DNA of 36,145 nucleotides from Bacillota bacterium (GTDB lineage Bacteria > Bacillota > Desulfotomaculia > Desulfotomaculales > JAJYZD01). Location of the stretch: NCBI GenBank assembly GCA_021800315.1, contig JAJYZD010000002.1, forward strand, positions 1 through 36,145, written 5' to 3'. This document shows, one piece after another, positions 17,250-26,428 of the stretch. Position 1 is the first letter of the stretch, and each line of letters opens with the position of its first letter. The notes beneath the pieces are model-generated. The model did no database searches. It saw nothing but the letters and a program-made list of their open reading frames with translations, and was not told the origin of the DNA. The position numbers and the translations under genes were made by a program.

Positions 17250-20200
17250 GTGATTATGCAGGGAATAGCGGATTTCCTGGCCGGTCTGCCCGAGTGGCGG
17301 AGCGTGGCCCGGGGTCTTTCGGACAAAGCGCGGCAGCAGCTGGTATTCGGGGCCGGCGGCGCGGTGCGGGGCTTCCTTATGGCCGGATGGGCGGACCACG
17401 CGGGCGCGGTCCTGGTGATCACCCCGCAGGAGGCCGATGCCCAAAGCCTGGCCGAGGACCTCAAAAACCTCCTGCCCGGCCGCCAGGTACTCCTTTTTCC
17501 CAGTTGGCCGCTTTTGACCTTCCAGGTGGTGGCGCAAGGGCGTGAAGCCCTGGCCGGCCGCCTGGCGGTGCTGCGGGAACTCTGCCGAAACGCCTCCCCC
17601 GTGGTGGTGGCTCCGGTCGAGGCGGTCCTGCGGCGGCTGACACCCCGTCCGGCGTTTTGCCGTCAAATGTTGACACTTGCGGAGCACATGGCCCTGGAGC
17701 CGGGTGTTCTCTTCCGGACCCTGGTGGATCTGGGTTACGAGCGGGTGGAAAGGGTGGAAGAGGCCGGCCGGTTCGCCGGGCGCGGCGGCATTGTGGACGT
17801 GTTTCCGGCCGCGGCCGCCAATCCCGTGCGCCTGGAGTTCGAAGGAGACGAACTGGCCGGCTTGCGCGAATTCGAAGTCTCCTCCCAGCGCTCCCGGGGC
17901 CGGATCGACAGTTTGATCCTTACGCCGGCCCGGGAACTGGTCATGGATGAAGATACCCGGGCGGCAGGCGCCAAAGAGATGCAGCGCGACTACCAGGCCC
18001 AACTCAAGCGGCTGGCCCGCTCCGCCACGGTGGATGCCTACCGCCGGCTGGCGTCCCGGTGGGAAGAGCTAACCGCGGCCCTGGCCGGGAGCGACCGTTC
18101 CCTCGAGCAGTACCTGCCCTATTTTTATCCCGACGTTTCAAGCCTGGCCGACTATCTGCCGCCGGACAGCCTCGTCATTCTCGACGACCCCGTACGCCTG
18201 CAGGAGGTCGTGGCAGTCTTATGGCGGGAAAGGACGGAGTCCTTCACCACTATTTTGGACGAGGGCCGGGCCATGCCGGGCCAACTGGACACCTATCTCC
18301 GGTGGGGCGAAACGCTGGCATCCCTTACCCGGCACCGGTCGGTCGCCTGTATGGGCCTGGTCCGCAAAGTCGATTTTCTGAAACCCGAAAACGTGGTTAC
18401 GGTGACCGCCCGTGCTCTGGGCGGCTTCCTGGGCCACGCCGAGGTTCTCACCGATGAAATCAGGCACTGGCGCAGGACGGGCAAGGTGGTTGTGATCTGT
18501 GCCGGCACCGCGGCCCGGGCCGGCCAGATAGCGGACTCCCTGAGGGACCGGCAGATCGAGGCGGTCATAGCCGATTGGCCCGGCCTGTCCCTTCACCCCG
18601 GCCACGTGGTTGTTGCGCCGGTGCATTATTCCGGCGGCTTTGAATTACCCGGCCTCAACCTCGTGGTCCTCACCGAGGCGGAGGTTTACGGGCGCCGGAA
18701 GGTCAGGCGGCGTACACCGTCCGGCGAGGGGCAGGCCAGCCGCCTGGACGACCTCAAAGCCGGCGACTACGTGGTTCATGCCAGCCACGGCATAGGCCGC
18801 TTCCGCGGCATCGTGCAGATGGAGATCGGCGGCATGCACCGGGATTACCTCCTGGTCCAGTACGCGGGAGAAGACAAACTTTATGTGCCCACCGACCAAT
18901 TGAGCCTGGTCGGGCGCTACACCGGCGGAGAAGGGGAGGCGCCCCGGCTCTCCCGGCTGGGGGGCCAGGAATGGACCAAGGCCAAGGCCAGGGTCAGGGA
19001 AGCCGTGCAGGAGATGGCCCGGGAACTCCTGGCTCTCTACGCGGCCCGGGAATCCGTGCCCGGCTATGCCTTCGGTCCGGATACCGTCTGGCAGCAGGAA
19101 TTCGAGGCCACTTTCCCTTACGAGGAAACTCCCGACCAGGTGCGGGCCATTGCCGAGGTCAAGGAAGACATGGAAAAGGGCCGTCCCATGGACCGGCTCC
19201 TTTGCGGCGACGTGGGCTACGGCAAGACCGAGGTGGCCCTGCGGGCCGCCTTCAAGGCCGTCATGGACGGCAAACAGGTCGCCATCCTGGTTCCCACCAC
19301 CATCCTGGCCCAACAGCATTTCACCACGTTCCGGGAGCGCCTGGCCGGCTTTCCGGTGCGGGTGGAGAGCTTAAGCCGCTTCCGCACCGGCCGGGAGCAG
19401 CGGCAGGTGGTGGAAGGCCTGGCGAGGGGGACGGTGGACATTGTCATCGGCACCCACCGGCTGGTCCAGGAGGATGTGCGGTTTTCGGACCTGGGCCTCC
19501 TGGTGGTGGACGAGGAACAGCGTTTCGGGGTTTCCCACAAAGAGCGGCTCAAAATGCTCCGGAAGAACGTCGACGTGTTGACCCTGACCGCCACGCCGAT
19601 TCCCCGCACCCTGCACATGTCCATGATCGGGGTTCGCGACACCAGCATTCTGGAAAGTCCGCCGGACAACCGCTTTCCCGTTCAGACCTATGTCCTGGAG
19701 GAAGACCCGCTGCTCGTCAGGGAAGCCATCCGCCGCGAGTTGGGCCGCGGCGGGCAGGTCTACTTCGTGCATAACCGGATCATGGAACTCGACACGGTGG
19801 CCTCCCAGTTGCACGAACTGGTGCCCGAGGCCCGCGTGGCCGTCGCCCACGGCCAGATGAGGGAGGACGACCTGGAAGACGTAATGCTGCAGTTCATAGA
19901 CGGGGCCTGCGATGTCCTCCTCTGCACCTCCATCATCGAGAGCGGGCTCGATATTCCGAACGTGAACACCCTGGTCGTCAAGAACGCCGACCGCCTGGGC
20001 TTGTCCCAGCTCTACCAGCTACGCGGCCGCATCGGGCGGGGCAGCCGCCTAGCCTACGCCTACCTTACTTTTCAAAGGGACCGGGTTTTGAGCGAGGTGG
20101 CCGAGAAAAGACTTTCGGCCGTACGCGAATTTACCGAGTTCGGTTCGGGTTACCGCATCGCCTTGCGGGACCTGGAGATCAGGGGCGCGGGCAACCTTCT

Positions 20201-20771
20201 CGGGATGGAACAGCACGGGCATATTGCCGCCGTGGGGTTTGAGATGTACACGCGGCTTCTGGCGGAGGCGGTCAGGGAGGCCAGGGGCATTGTGGCCGAA
20301 CAGACCGTGGAGACCTCCTTCGAGCTCAATGCCGAGGCCTACATTCCCGACGGCTACGTGACCGGACCCGATCAAAAGGTGGAGATTTACCGGCGCCTGG
20401 CGTCGGTCCGCGCGGAAGAAGAGGTGGCGGCGGTGCGGGAGGAGGTGGCGGACCGTTTCGGCCCACTGCCCCTGCCGGTGGAAACGCTGTTCCAGGTGGC
20501 GCGGATCAGGCTCAAGGCAGGCGCCTTGAAAGTGCTGTCCGTTTCCCGGCAGACCAACTACTACCGGTTGCGCTTTTCCGGCGACCACGCGTTGAGGGGC
20601 GACCAACTGGTCAGGGTGGCCGCGGAATACGGCAGCCGGATCAAGTTCATCCATTCGGCCGGCACTTTCGAAATCAGGATGACGGCGCTCAAGGCGGAGC
20701 GGGAGACGACGGGCACCCTGGGCAGGATCGAAAGTTTTCTCGACCGGCTGACCGATGATCGTCCGGCATAA
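17250..20771 (+). CDS. mfd: transcription-repair coupling factor
   Basis: 1173 aa with a UvrB-homology N-terminus, CarD/RID region (GDYVVHASHGIGRFRGI), SF2 helicase motifs (GDVGYGKTEVA, DEEQRFGV, TATPIPRTL) and a TRCF C-terminal domain. The start could be ATG 17256. Confidence 0.95.
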   Translation: MIMQGIADFLAGLPEWRSVARGLSDKARQQLVFGAGGAVRGFLMAGWADHAGAVLVITPQEADAQSLAEDLKNLLPGRQVLLFPSWPLLTFQVVAQGREALAGRLAVLRELCRNASPVVVAPVEAVLRRLTPRPAFCRQMLTLAEHMALEPGVLFRTLVDLGYERVERVEEAGRFAGRGGIVDVFPAAAANPVRLEFEGDELAGLREFEVSSQRSRGRIDSLILTPARELVMDEDTRAAGAKEMQRDYQAQLKRLARSATVDAYRRLASRWEELTAALAGSDRSLEQYLPYFYPDVSSLADYLPPDSLVILDDPVRLQEVVAVLWRERTESFTTILDEGRAMPGQLDTYLRWGETLASLTRHRSVACMGLVRKVDFLKPENVVTVTARALGGFLGHAEVLTDEIRHWRRTGKVVVICAGTAARAGQIADSLRDRQIEAVIADWPGLSLHPGHVVVAPVHYSGGFELPGLNLVVLTEAEVYGRRKVRRRTPSGEGQASRLDDLKAGDYVVHASHGIGRFRGIVQMEIGGMHRDYLLVQYAGEDKLYVPTDQLSLVGRYTGGEGEAPRLSRLGGQEWTKAKARVREAVQEMARELLALYAARESVPGYAFGPDTVWQQEFEATFPYEETPDQVRAIAEVKEDMEKGRPMDRLLCGDVGYGKTEVALRAAFKAVMDGKQVAILVPTTILAQQHFTTFRERLAGFPVRVESLSRFRTGREQRQVVEGLARGTVDIVIGTHRLVQEDVRFSDLGLLVVDEEQRFGVSHKERLKMLRKNVDVLTLTATPIPRTLHMSMIGVRDTSILESPPDNRFPVQTYVLEEDPLLVREAIRRELGRGGQVYFVHNRIMELDTVASQLHELVPEARVAVAHGQMREDDLEDVMLQFIDGACDVLLCTSIIESGLDIPNVNTLVVKNADRLGLSQLYQLRGRIGRGSRLAYAYLTFQRDRVLSEVAEKRLSAVREFTEFGSGYRIALRDLEIRGAGNLLGMEQHGHIAAVGFEMYTRLLAEAVREARGIVAEQTVETSFELNAEAYIPDGYVTGPDQKVEIYRRLASVRAEEEVAAVREEVADRFGPLPLPVETLFQVARIRLKAGALKVLSVSRQTNYYRLRFSGDHALRGDQLVRVAAEYGSRIKFIHSAGTFEIRMTALKAERETTGTLGRIESFLDRLTDDRPA

Positions 20772-20810
20772 ATTGGGCTCAAAAAATTCACTGACTGTTG
20801 GAAAAAAATG

Positions 20811-20840
20811 AATAACCCTTTTGTCTCTGTTATATACTAT
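20811..20840 (+). promoter_or_regulatory. forespore (sigma-G/F-like) promoter candidate for spoVT
   Basis: GAATA (20811-20815), 18 nt, then TATACTA (20834-20840), compared with GHATR-N18-CATxxTA. There is one mismatch in the -10. Confidence 0.25.
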
Positions 20841-20893
20841 CACTGAAAGTCATTTGGCGAAGATTAGACAGTAAAAGGAGGGATGATGGCCTC

Positions 20894-21454
20894 GTGAAAG
20901 CAACGGGAATTGTGCGCCGCATTGACGATCTGGGCCGGGTGGTGATTCCCAAAGAGATTCGCCGGACCCTTCGTATCCGCGAAGGAGACCCGCTGGAAAT
21001 CTTCGTTGATCGCGATGGCGAGGTGATTCTGAAGAAATACTCGCCGATCGGAGAATTGGGTGATTTTGCCAAGGAATACGCCGACTCCCTGTATGAAGCT
21101 TTAGGTCACATAGCCTGCATCACGGACCGCGATACCGTTATTGCCGTGTCCGGCGCAGCCAAGAAGGAGTATATCAACAAGCCCATCGGTACGGTGATTG
21201 AGAAAGTGATGGAGGACCGCCGGTCCGTGGTAATCAATGCACCGGGTGAAGACCAGTTTTGCAAGGATTGCATGATCATGGAAAACGGGGACTGCAAATA
21301 CTCTTCGGAGGTGATAGCCCCGATTATCGCCGAGGGCGACCCCATCGGAGCGGTTGTCCTGGCTTCCCGGGAACCCAACGTGAAAATGGCCGAAATGGAG
21401 CTGAAACTGGCCGAAACGGCCGCCGGCTTCCTCGCCAAACAAATGGAACAGTAA
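20894..21454 (+). CDS. spoVT: stage V sporulation protein T (AbrB-family SpoVT/AbrB domain + GAF-like domain)
   Basis: KATGIVRRIDDLGRVVIPKEIRRTLRIREGDPLEIFVDRDGEVILKKYSP is a swapped-hairpin AbrB N-domain. 186 aa; GTG start after AAAAGGAGGG. Confidence 0.9.
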   Translation: MKATGIVRRIDDLGRVVIPKEIRRTLRIREGDPLEIFVDRDGEVILKKYSPIGELGDFAKEYADSLYEALGHIACITDRDTVIAVSGAAKKEYINKPIGTVIEKVMEDRRSVVINAPGEDQFCKDCMIMENGDCKYSSEVIAPIIAEGDPIGAVVLASREPNVKMAEMELKLAETAAGFLAKQMEQ

Positions 21455-21482
21455 AAAACCGCCAGGTTATCCTGGCGGTTTT
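21455..21482 (+). terminator. intrinsic terminator after spoVT
   Basis: AAAACCGCCAGG ttat CCTGGCGGTTTT. Confidence 0.7.
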
Positions 21483-21589
21483 CCCGGCTGCGGGTTGGTT
21501 GGTTGAGTAACCATCGCGGTATCTGGTTCCCCGGCGGGTACCGGCCGGACCGTCACCGGCCGTTTACAAAAGCGTGACGCGCCGGAACC

Positions 21590-21618
21590 TTGTCAAAAGG
21601 GAAGCCAGGGTGTAAGAT
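21590..21618 (+). promoter_or_regulatory. candidate sigma-A promoter for pspA-like gene
   Basis: TTGTCA (21590-21595), 17 nt, then TAAGAT (21613-21618). Confidence 0.4.
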
Positions 21619-21654
21619 AGATTTATCCGGGCCCGGTGAAGGGGGAGAAAGAAA

Positions 21655-22329
21655 ATGAAACTTTTTCAGAGGATCAGGGACCTTATGGAGGCCAACATAT
21701 CCGACATGGTCGGAAAGGCCGAGGATCCGGAAAAGATGCTCAACCTGTATGTGGACAGGGCCTCCGAGGAATTGAGGAACTTCCAGATCCAGGTGAACCA
21801 GGCGGTAGCCGACCAGATCGCCCTGGAAAGGAAAATCGAGACTTCGCAAAAGGATGCCGCCGACTGGTCGGACAAGGCCAGGCTGGCGGTGCAGCAGGGT
21901 AGGGACGATCTCGCCCGGACGGCCCTGGAGCGGCAAAAGACGGCCAGGGAGGCCCTGGAAAGTTACCAATCCCAGTTGACCGAACAGAAAACCGTGGTGG
22001 AAGAACTCAAGCACAACTTCCAGTTGCTGGACGGCAAGCTCCAGCAGGCCAAGAGCGAAAGGGACCAGTTGGTGATGCGGGAGCGCCGGGCCAAGGCGCT
22101 CAAAGGGGCGGCCGACGCCGTGCAGGGCCTGGCCCAGGGCAGGGCCTACGCCGATATCGACCGGATGAAAGACAAGGTGGACCGGATGGAGGCCAGCGCG
22201 GGAGCGTCGCGGGTGATGTTGGAAAGCACGGTCGAGTCCCAGTTTGACCAGTTGAAAAGAACGTCGGCCGACAGTGAGATCGAAGACGAGTTGGCCAAAT
22301 TGAAGGAAGAACTGGGATCGAGGCAGTAA
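21655..22329 (+). CDS. pspA: PspA/IM30 (Vipp1) family membrane-stress protein
   Basis: MKLFQRIRDLMEANISDMVGKAEDPEKMLNLYVDRASEEL... is the typical PspA N-terminus, followed by a long coiled coil. 224 aa. Confidence 0.9.
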   Translation: MKLFQRIRDLMEANISDMVGKAEDPEKMLNLYVDRASEELRNFQIQVNQAVADQIALERKIETSQKDAADWSDKARLAVQQGRDDLARTALERQKTAREALESYQSQLTEQKTVVEELKHNFQLLDGKLQQAKSERDQLVMRERRAKALKGAADAVQGLAQGRAYADIDRMKDKVDRMEASAGASRVMLESTVESQFDQLKRTSADSEIEDELAKLKEELGSRQ

Positions 22330-22345
22330 CCGGAATAAGCGGGTA

Positions 22346-22381
22346 AAAAGCGGATATCCTCAAGCGGGATACCCGCTTTTT
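22346..22381 (+). terminator. intrinsic terminator after pspA
   Basis: AAAAGCGGATATCC tcaa GCGGGATACCCGCTTTTT; the stem is imperfect and a T-run follows. Confidence 0.55.
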
Positions 22382-22416
22382 GTGTTATACTATGTGGCGT
22401 GGGAGATGAGGTTTTC

Positions 22417-23889
22417 ATGCACGAAGCAATAACGGTGATGGGACTGGGCTATGACGACGGAGGCTCCCTGCCGCTGGCCGGTTGGGAGGTTCTCCGGGCC
22501 GGGGCGCCCCTGTTCCTGCGCACGGCCAGCCATCCCATTGCCGGACGGCTGGCGGAGGAAGGAATCGCGTTTACGGTCTTCGACGATTTTTACGAGGAGG
22601 AGCGCGACTTCGCCGGGGTTTACCGGCGCATCGCCGACGCCGTCCTTGGGGCGGCCGCCGCCGGCCCGGTGGTTTACGCGGTACCCGGCCACCCCCTGGT
22701 CGCCGAGGAGTCAGTGCGCCTGATCCTGGACCGGGCCGGCGAGACCGGTCTCACCACGCGGATTCTTCCCGCGCCCGGCTTTCTCGACGCCGTGCTGGCC
22801 GTCCTGCGGCTGGACCCGGCCGCGGGTCTCAAGATCCTGGACGGAGCCTCGCTGGCCAAGCGGGACATCGACCCGCCCGCCCCGACCCTGGTCATGCAGG
22901 TATACAGCCGGCTGGTAGCCGGTGATCTCAAGCTGGAACTCCTGACCCGCTACCCGCCCGGGCACCCGGTCAAGGTGGTGCGGGCGGCGGGCATGCCGGG
23001 GGAGGAAACCGTCGTGGAAATTCCCCTGGAAGACCTGGACCGCCGGGAATACGACCACCTGTGCACGGTCTACCTGCCTCCCGCCGCCCCCGTTCCCGAA
23101 GGGTCCCCGTGCGATTACCCGGCCGACCGCCTGGTCGGGATCATGGCCGTCTTACGCGGGGAAGGCGGCTGTCCGTGGGACAGGGAGATGAATCACTCCC
23201 GGCTGGCCCGCTACGTCCTGGAGGAGGCGTACGAGGTGGTTGAGGCGATTCACGGCGACTCCGCGCATAAATTATGCGAGGAGTTGGGAGACTTACTTCT
23301 GCAAATAGTCTTCCATGCCCGCATTGCCGACGAAAACCGGCAGTTTGACTTTAACGACGTGGTTGGCGGCATCTGCGACAAACTGATCCGCCGGCACCCC
23401 CACGTATTTGGCGAAGCCGTCTGGCGGACCAGTGCCCAGGTGACGGCCGGTTGGGAGGAAATCAAGCGGCGGGAGCGCGGTGCCCGGGATACGGGCCTGC
23501 TGGACAAGGTTGGAGCCGGGCTGCCCGCCCTTATGAGGGCGACGAAGGTGCAGGCCGGGGCTTCCAGGTGCGGCTTGGACTGGCCGGACTGGCGGGGCGC
23601 CCTGGACAAGGTCCGGGAAGAAATGGCGGAGGTATCGGACGCCATTGCCGGACCGGACCGGGGAGAGGTATTCCGCGAGGCAGGCGATCTCTTGTTTGCC
23701 GTCGTGAACCTGGCCCGGCTCCTCGGGTTGGATGCCGAGGAGGCCTTAACGGCCGCCACGGACAAATTTGTCGCAAGATTTCGGTATGTAAAGAGAAAAG
23801 TGGAATCGAGCCACAAAAACTTCCATGATTTTACATTAGATCAGCTCGATGATTGGTGGGAGGAGGCAAAGAAATTAGAAAAACCTTAA
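22417..23889 (+). CDS. mazG: YabN-type fusion: tetrapyrrole-methylase-like N-domain + MazG nucleoside-triphosphate pyrophosphohydrolase
   Basis: The N-terminal ITVMGLGYDDGGSLPL... is methylase-like. The C-terminal half carries tandem MazG motifs (LEEAYEVVEAI, ELGDLLLQIV; EEMAEVSDAI, EAGDLLFAVVNLAR). ATG 22417 follows GGGAGATGAGG. Confidence 0.9.
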   Translation: MHEAITVMGLGYDDGGSLPLAGWEVLRAGAPLFLRTASHPIAGRLAEEGIAFTVFDDFYEEERDFAGVYRRIADAVLGAAAAGPVVYAVPGHPLVAEESVRLILDRAGETGLTTRILPAPGFLDAVLAVLRLDPAAGLKILDGASLAKRDIDPPAPTLVMQVYSRLVAGDLKLELLTRYPPGHPVKVVRAAGMPGEETVVEIPLEDLDRREYDHLCTVYLPPAAPVPEGSPCDYPADRLVGIMAVLRGEGGCPWDREMNHSRLARYVLEEAYEVVEAIHGDSAHKLCEELGDLLLQIVFHARIADENRQFDFNDVVGGICDKLIRRHPHVFGEAVWRTSAQVTAGWEEIKRRERGARDTGLLDKVGAGLPALMRATKVQAGASRCGLDWPDWRGALDKVREEMAEVSDAIAGPDRGEVFREAGDLLFAVVNLARLLGLDAEEALTAATDKFVARFRYVKRKVESSHKNFHDFTLDQLDDWWEEAKKLEKP

Positions 23890-23982
23890 AAATATTGGTC
23901 CGAAGGCCTTTTTCGGGGAGGAATTCACAGAATTTTAGCGAATAGGTGGTAAAAATTACTTTATGGGGGTGTACTCTTCAGG

Positions 23983-24255
23983 ATGAATAAGGCTGAACTG
24001 ATTTCCTACGTAGCCGAGAAAACCGATTTCACGAAAAAGGAAGCGGAGAAGGCGGTCGCGGCGGTGTTCACCAGCATTGAAGAGGCTATGTCCAAAGGCG
24101 AAAAGGTCCAACTGGTAGGCTTCGGTACTTTTGAAATCAGGGAGCGGGCCGCCCGCAAGGGACGCAATCCGCAAACCGGCGCCGAGATCAACATTGCCGC
24201 CGCCCGGGTGCCCGTATTCAAAGCCGGCAAGGCCCTGCGCGATTCGGTCGGCTAA
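23983..24255 (+). CDS. hup: HU-family DNA-binding protein
   Basis: [29 protein letters not shown]...[42 protein letters not shown]. Confidence 0.95.
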   Translation: MNKAELISYVAEKTDFTKKEAEKAVAAVFTSIEEAMSKGEKVQLVGFGTFEIRERAARKGRNPQTGAEINIAAARVPVFKAGKALRDSVG

Positions 24256-24443
24256 AGGCGCCGGCGGCACATAGAAAAACGAAACCAAACATATTAACGT
24301 CGGGCTGGGCGATGTTTATGGGAAATATCGCCTAAGGGTCTGTATGGGCGACATGAGGACAAGCTGTTGATGTTTCCGGGGCGGTTCAAAGTAGCGGACG
24401 AGTGGTCCGGGCTTTCGGGCGCCCCTTTTTTCGAGGTGGGCAA

Positions 24444-24719
24444 ATGCGGGTAGATAAATTTCTGAAGGTATCGCGGGTTATCAAACGGCGCACTCTGGCC
24501 AAGGAAGCCTGCGACCGGGGACAGGTTGCCGTAAACGGCCATACGGCCAAGGCCGGCACGGAGTTGAAGCCGCAAGACGTAATCGAGATTGGTTTCGGCC
24601 GGCGCAAGCTCAAGATCCGGGTGCTGGAACTCAGGGAATCGGTTCCCGCGGCGTTGGCCGAGGGTTTGTACGAAGTGTTGGAGGACGTCACGGCACGGGG
24701 AGGCGAGGGGGAAGGGTAG
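24444..24719 (+). CDS. yabO: S4-domain RNA-binding protein (YabO/Hsp15-like)
   Basis: MRVDKFLKVSRVIKRRTLAKEACDRGQVAVNGHTAKAGTELKPQDVIEI is an S4 fold. ATG 24444 follows GAGGTG. Confidence 0.85.
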   Translation: MRVDKFLKVSRVIKRRTLAKEACDRGQVAVNGHTAKAGTELKPQDVIEIGFGRRKLKIRVLELRESVPAALAEGLYEVLEDVTARGGEGEG

Positions 24720-24739
24720 ATCGTCCCCGCTCGGCGCCG

Positions 24740-25738
24740 TCACCGGCGGACTTTCCGCTGAATGACCATCCATTTGGCGTTGGCCGGGACACGGGCCACG
24801 GTTTTGTTGAAAGGATTGCGCATCAGGCGGGAGGGCCCGGGGCCTTGCGCCCGGTCCTCCCCTTGCGGCCGGCCGGTGTCTTCACCGGTGCCGGCGCGGG
24901 AAGCGCACAGGGAGTCCAATTCCTCGGCCATTTGGGACCATTCCCGCCAGAAAATCTTTGATGACGGGCCTGCCTCGTCGCGGGCCAGCCTGTGCAGCCG
25001 GAGGTAAGCGGTTTTGATCAAATCCCCGGCGGCCGGATTCCCCATCAGATCCTCTTCGGTATGCCGGCTGTGACGCAGACCATGACTGAGAAATTCCCCG
25101 TAATCCTTCATTTCGGCGGCCATTCCGTCGCCGGCCGGTATCGCCAGTTGCGCGGCAATCCGGTTCAGCTGGGGTAGCGGATTATCCATAAGGAGATCAT
25201 AGTCGACCACCGCAAGCCGCCTGTTCCTTAGGCGGGCCAGGTAGGGTATGACATGGACCGCCCAGAGCAAATAGGCCCGGGCGGGCGGGATGCGGTCCCT
25301 GGCCTGGAGCGACCGGGCCACGCTCACCGGATTCCGGACCACCAGCAGGTACCGGGGTGAAATTCCGGACAGTTCGAAGGCTCCGATCCAAAAAGGCAGG
25401 ACGCGCAGGGTGCGGGGGTCCTTGAAACCCCACCGCGGATACCGGTCGAGGTTTTTCCGGATTATCCGGGCGGCGACGGGTTGCAATTCCTTGACCAGGG
25501 AGCCCTCCCAGCGGGAGGGGGGAACGAGGGAAAGGCTGTCCCACTTGATACCCAGGGCCTCGAGGACCAGGATGTTAAGGCGGATGATCTCCTTCTTTTC
25601 CCAGAAACCCCTGGGGTTATCCGCACCGGGGCCCATCAAGTCCTCACCCAGTTCCACGCCCAGGACCTTCAGACCCCTGGTGACCGCGCTGGTTCCGCTG
25701 CGGTGCATGCCGAGAACCACGATAAGCTCACGATTCAT
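24740..25738 (-). CDS. sulfotransferase-family protein (PAPS-dependent, acceptor unknown)
   Basis: MNRELIVVLGMHRSGTSAVT carries a 5'-PSB P-loop-like motif, and LLVVRNPVSVARS resembles a 3'-PB-like segment. ATG 25738 overlaps the cysC stop (25728-25730) by 11 nt; the longer ORF-track start 25900 is rejected. Confidence 0.75.
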   Translation of the reverse strand: MNRELIVVLGMHRSGTSAVTRGLKVLGVELGEDLMGPGADNPRGFWEKKEIIRLNILVLEALGIKWDSLSLVPPSRWEGSLVKELQPVAARIIRKNLDRYPRWGFKDPRTLRVLPFWIGAFELSGISPRYLLVVRNPVSVARSLQARDRIPPARAYLLWAVHVIPYLARLRNRRLAVVDYDLLMDNPLPQLNRIAAQLAIPAGDGMAAEMKDYGEFLSHGLRHSRHTEEDLMGNPAAGDLIKTAYLRLHRLARDEAGPSSKIFWREWSQMAEELDSLCASRAGTGEDTGRPQGEDRAQGPGPSRLMRNPFNKTVARVPANAKWMVIQRKVRR

Positions 25739-26288
25739 AAGTACCTCGCGGGTCAACGGAGATGTATTTTCCCTTCCGCAACCATTCCCAAACCCTGCCC
25801 GCGCTCTCTTCGACGGTTTCCCGGTCCGTACGGCACACCACGCAGGGGTCGGGCGGCGGTTCGTAGGGGTCGTCGATGCCGGTGAAGTGGGGGAGCTCAC
25901 CTAGCCGGGCTTTGAGATACAGGCCCTTGACATCCCTTTCCGCGCATACGGACAGGGGGGCGTCCACGTAAACCTCCACCCACCCGGGCGTTACAGCCCG
26001 CAGTTGGTCCCGCAACCACCGGTAGGGGGAAATGGCGGCGACCAGTACGATGACGTCGTGTTTGGCCAAAAGTCCGGCTACAAAGGCGATGCGTCGCACG
26101 TTTTCCTCGCGGTCCTCCTTTTTGTAGCCCAGCCCCCGGCCGATCGAGGCGCGGAGCAGGTCAGCGTCGAGCAGTTCGGCCCGGAAGCCGCCTGCCGCCA
26201 GCTTTTCGAGCAGGAACCGGCCGATGGTTGTCTTCCCCGAGCAGGGCAGACCGGTAAACCAGACAATGGCTCCTTTGTTAAATGACAT
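25728..26288 (-). CDS. cysC: adenylyl-sulfate (APS) kinase
   Basis: GAIVWFTGLPCSGKTTIG P-loop, LLDADLLR, REENVRRIAFVAGLLAKHDVIVLVAAISPY and HFTGIDDPYEPP. ATG 26288 is preferred; the alternative ATG 26321 adds 11 aa. Confidence 0.9.
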   Translation of the reverse strand: MSFNKGAIVWFTGLPCSGKTTIGRFLLEKLAAGGFRAELLDADLLRASIGRGLGYKKEDREENVRRIAFVAGLLAKHDVIVLVAAISPYRWLRDQLRAVTPGWVEVYVDAPLSVCAERDVKGLYLKARLGELPHFTGIDDPYEPPPDPCVVCRTDRETVEESAGRVWEWLRKGKYISVDPRGTYES

Positions 26289-26399
26289 AGGTGCTGTCAC
26301 CCGTAAACCACCATCCATCATGTTGTTCCGTAAAACGAACGGGAACCCGCCGGGGCGGGGACAAACGGGGGATTGGCCGCCGGCTTCCGATGGTACAGT

Positions 26400-26428
26400 A
26401 TATTAGCGGGCGCGGCCTGCGCGCGCAA
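26400..26428 (-). promoter_or_regulatory. candidate promoter for cysC-sulfotransferase operon
   Basis: The minus strand reads TTGCGC, 17 nt, then TAATAT. This would give a leader of about 100 nt that contains a GTTCC(C)GT...ACGGAAC hairpin. Confidence 0.3.
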
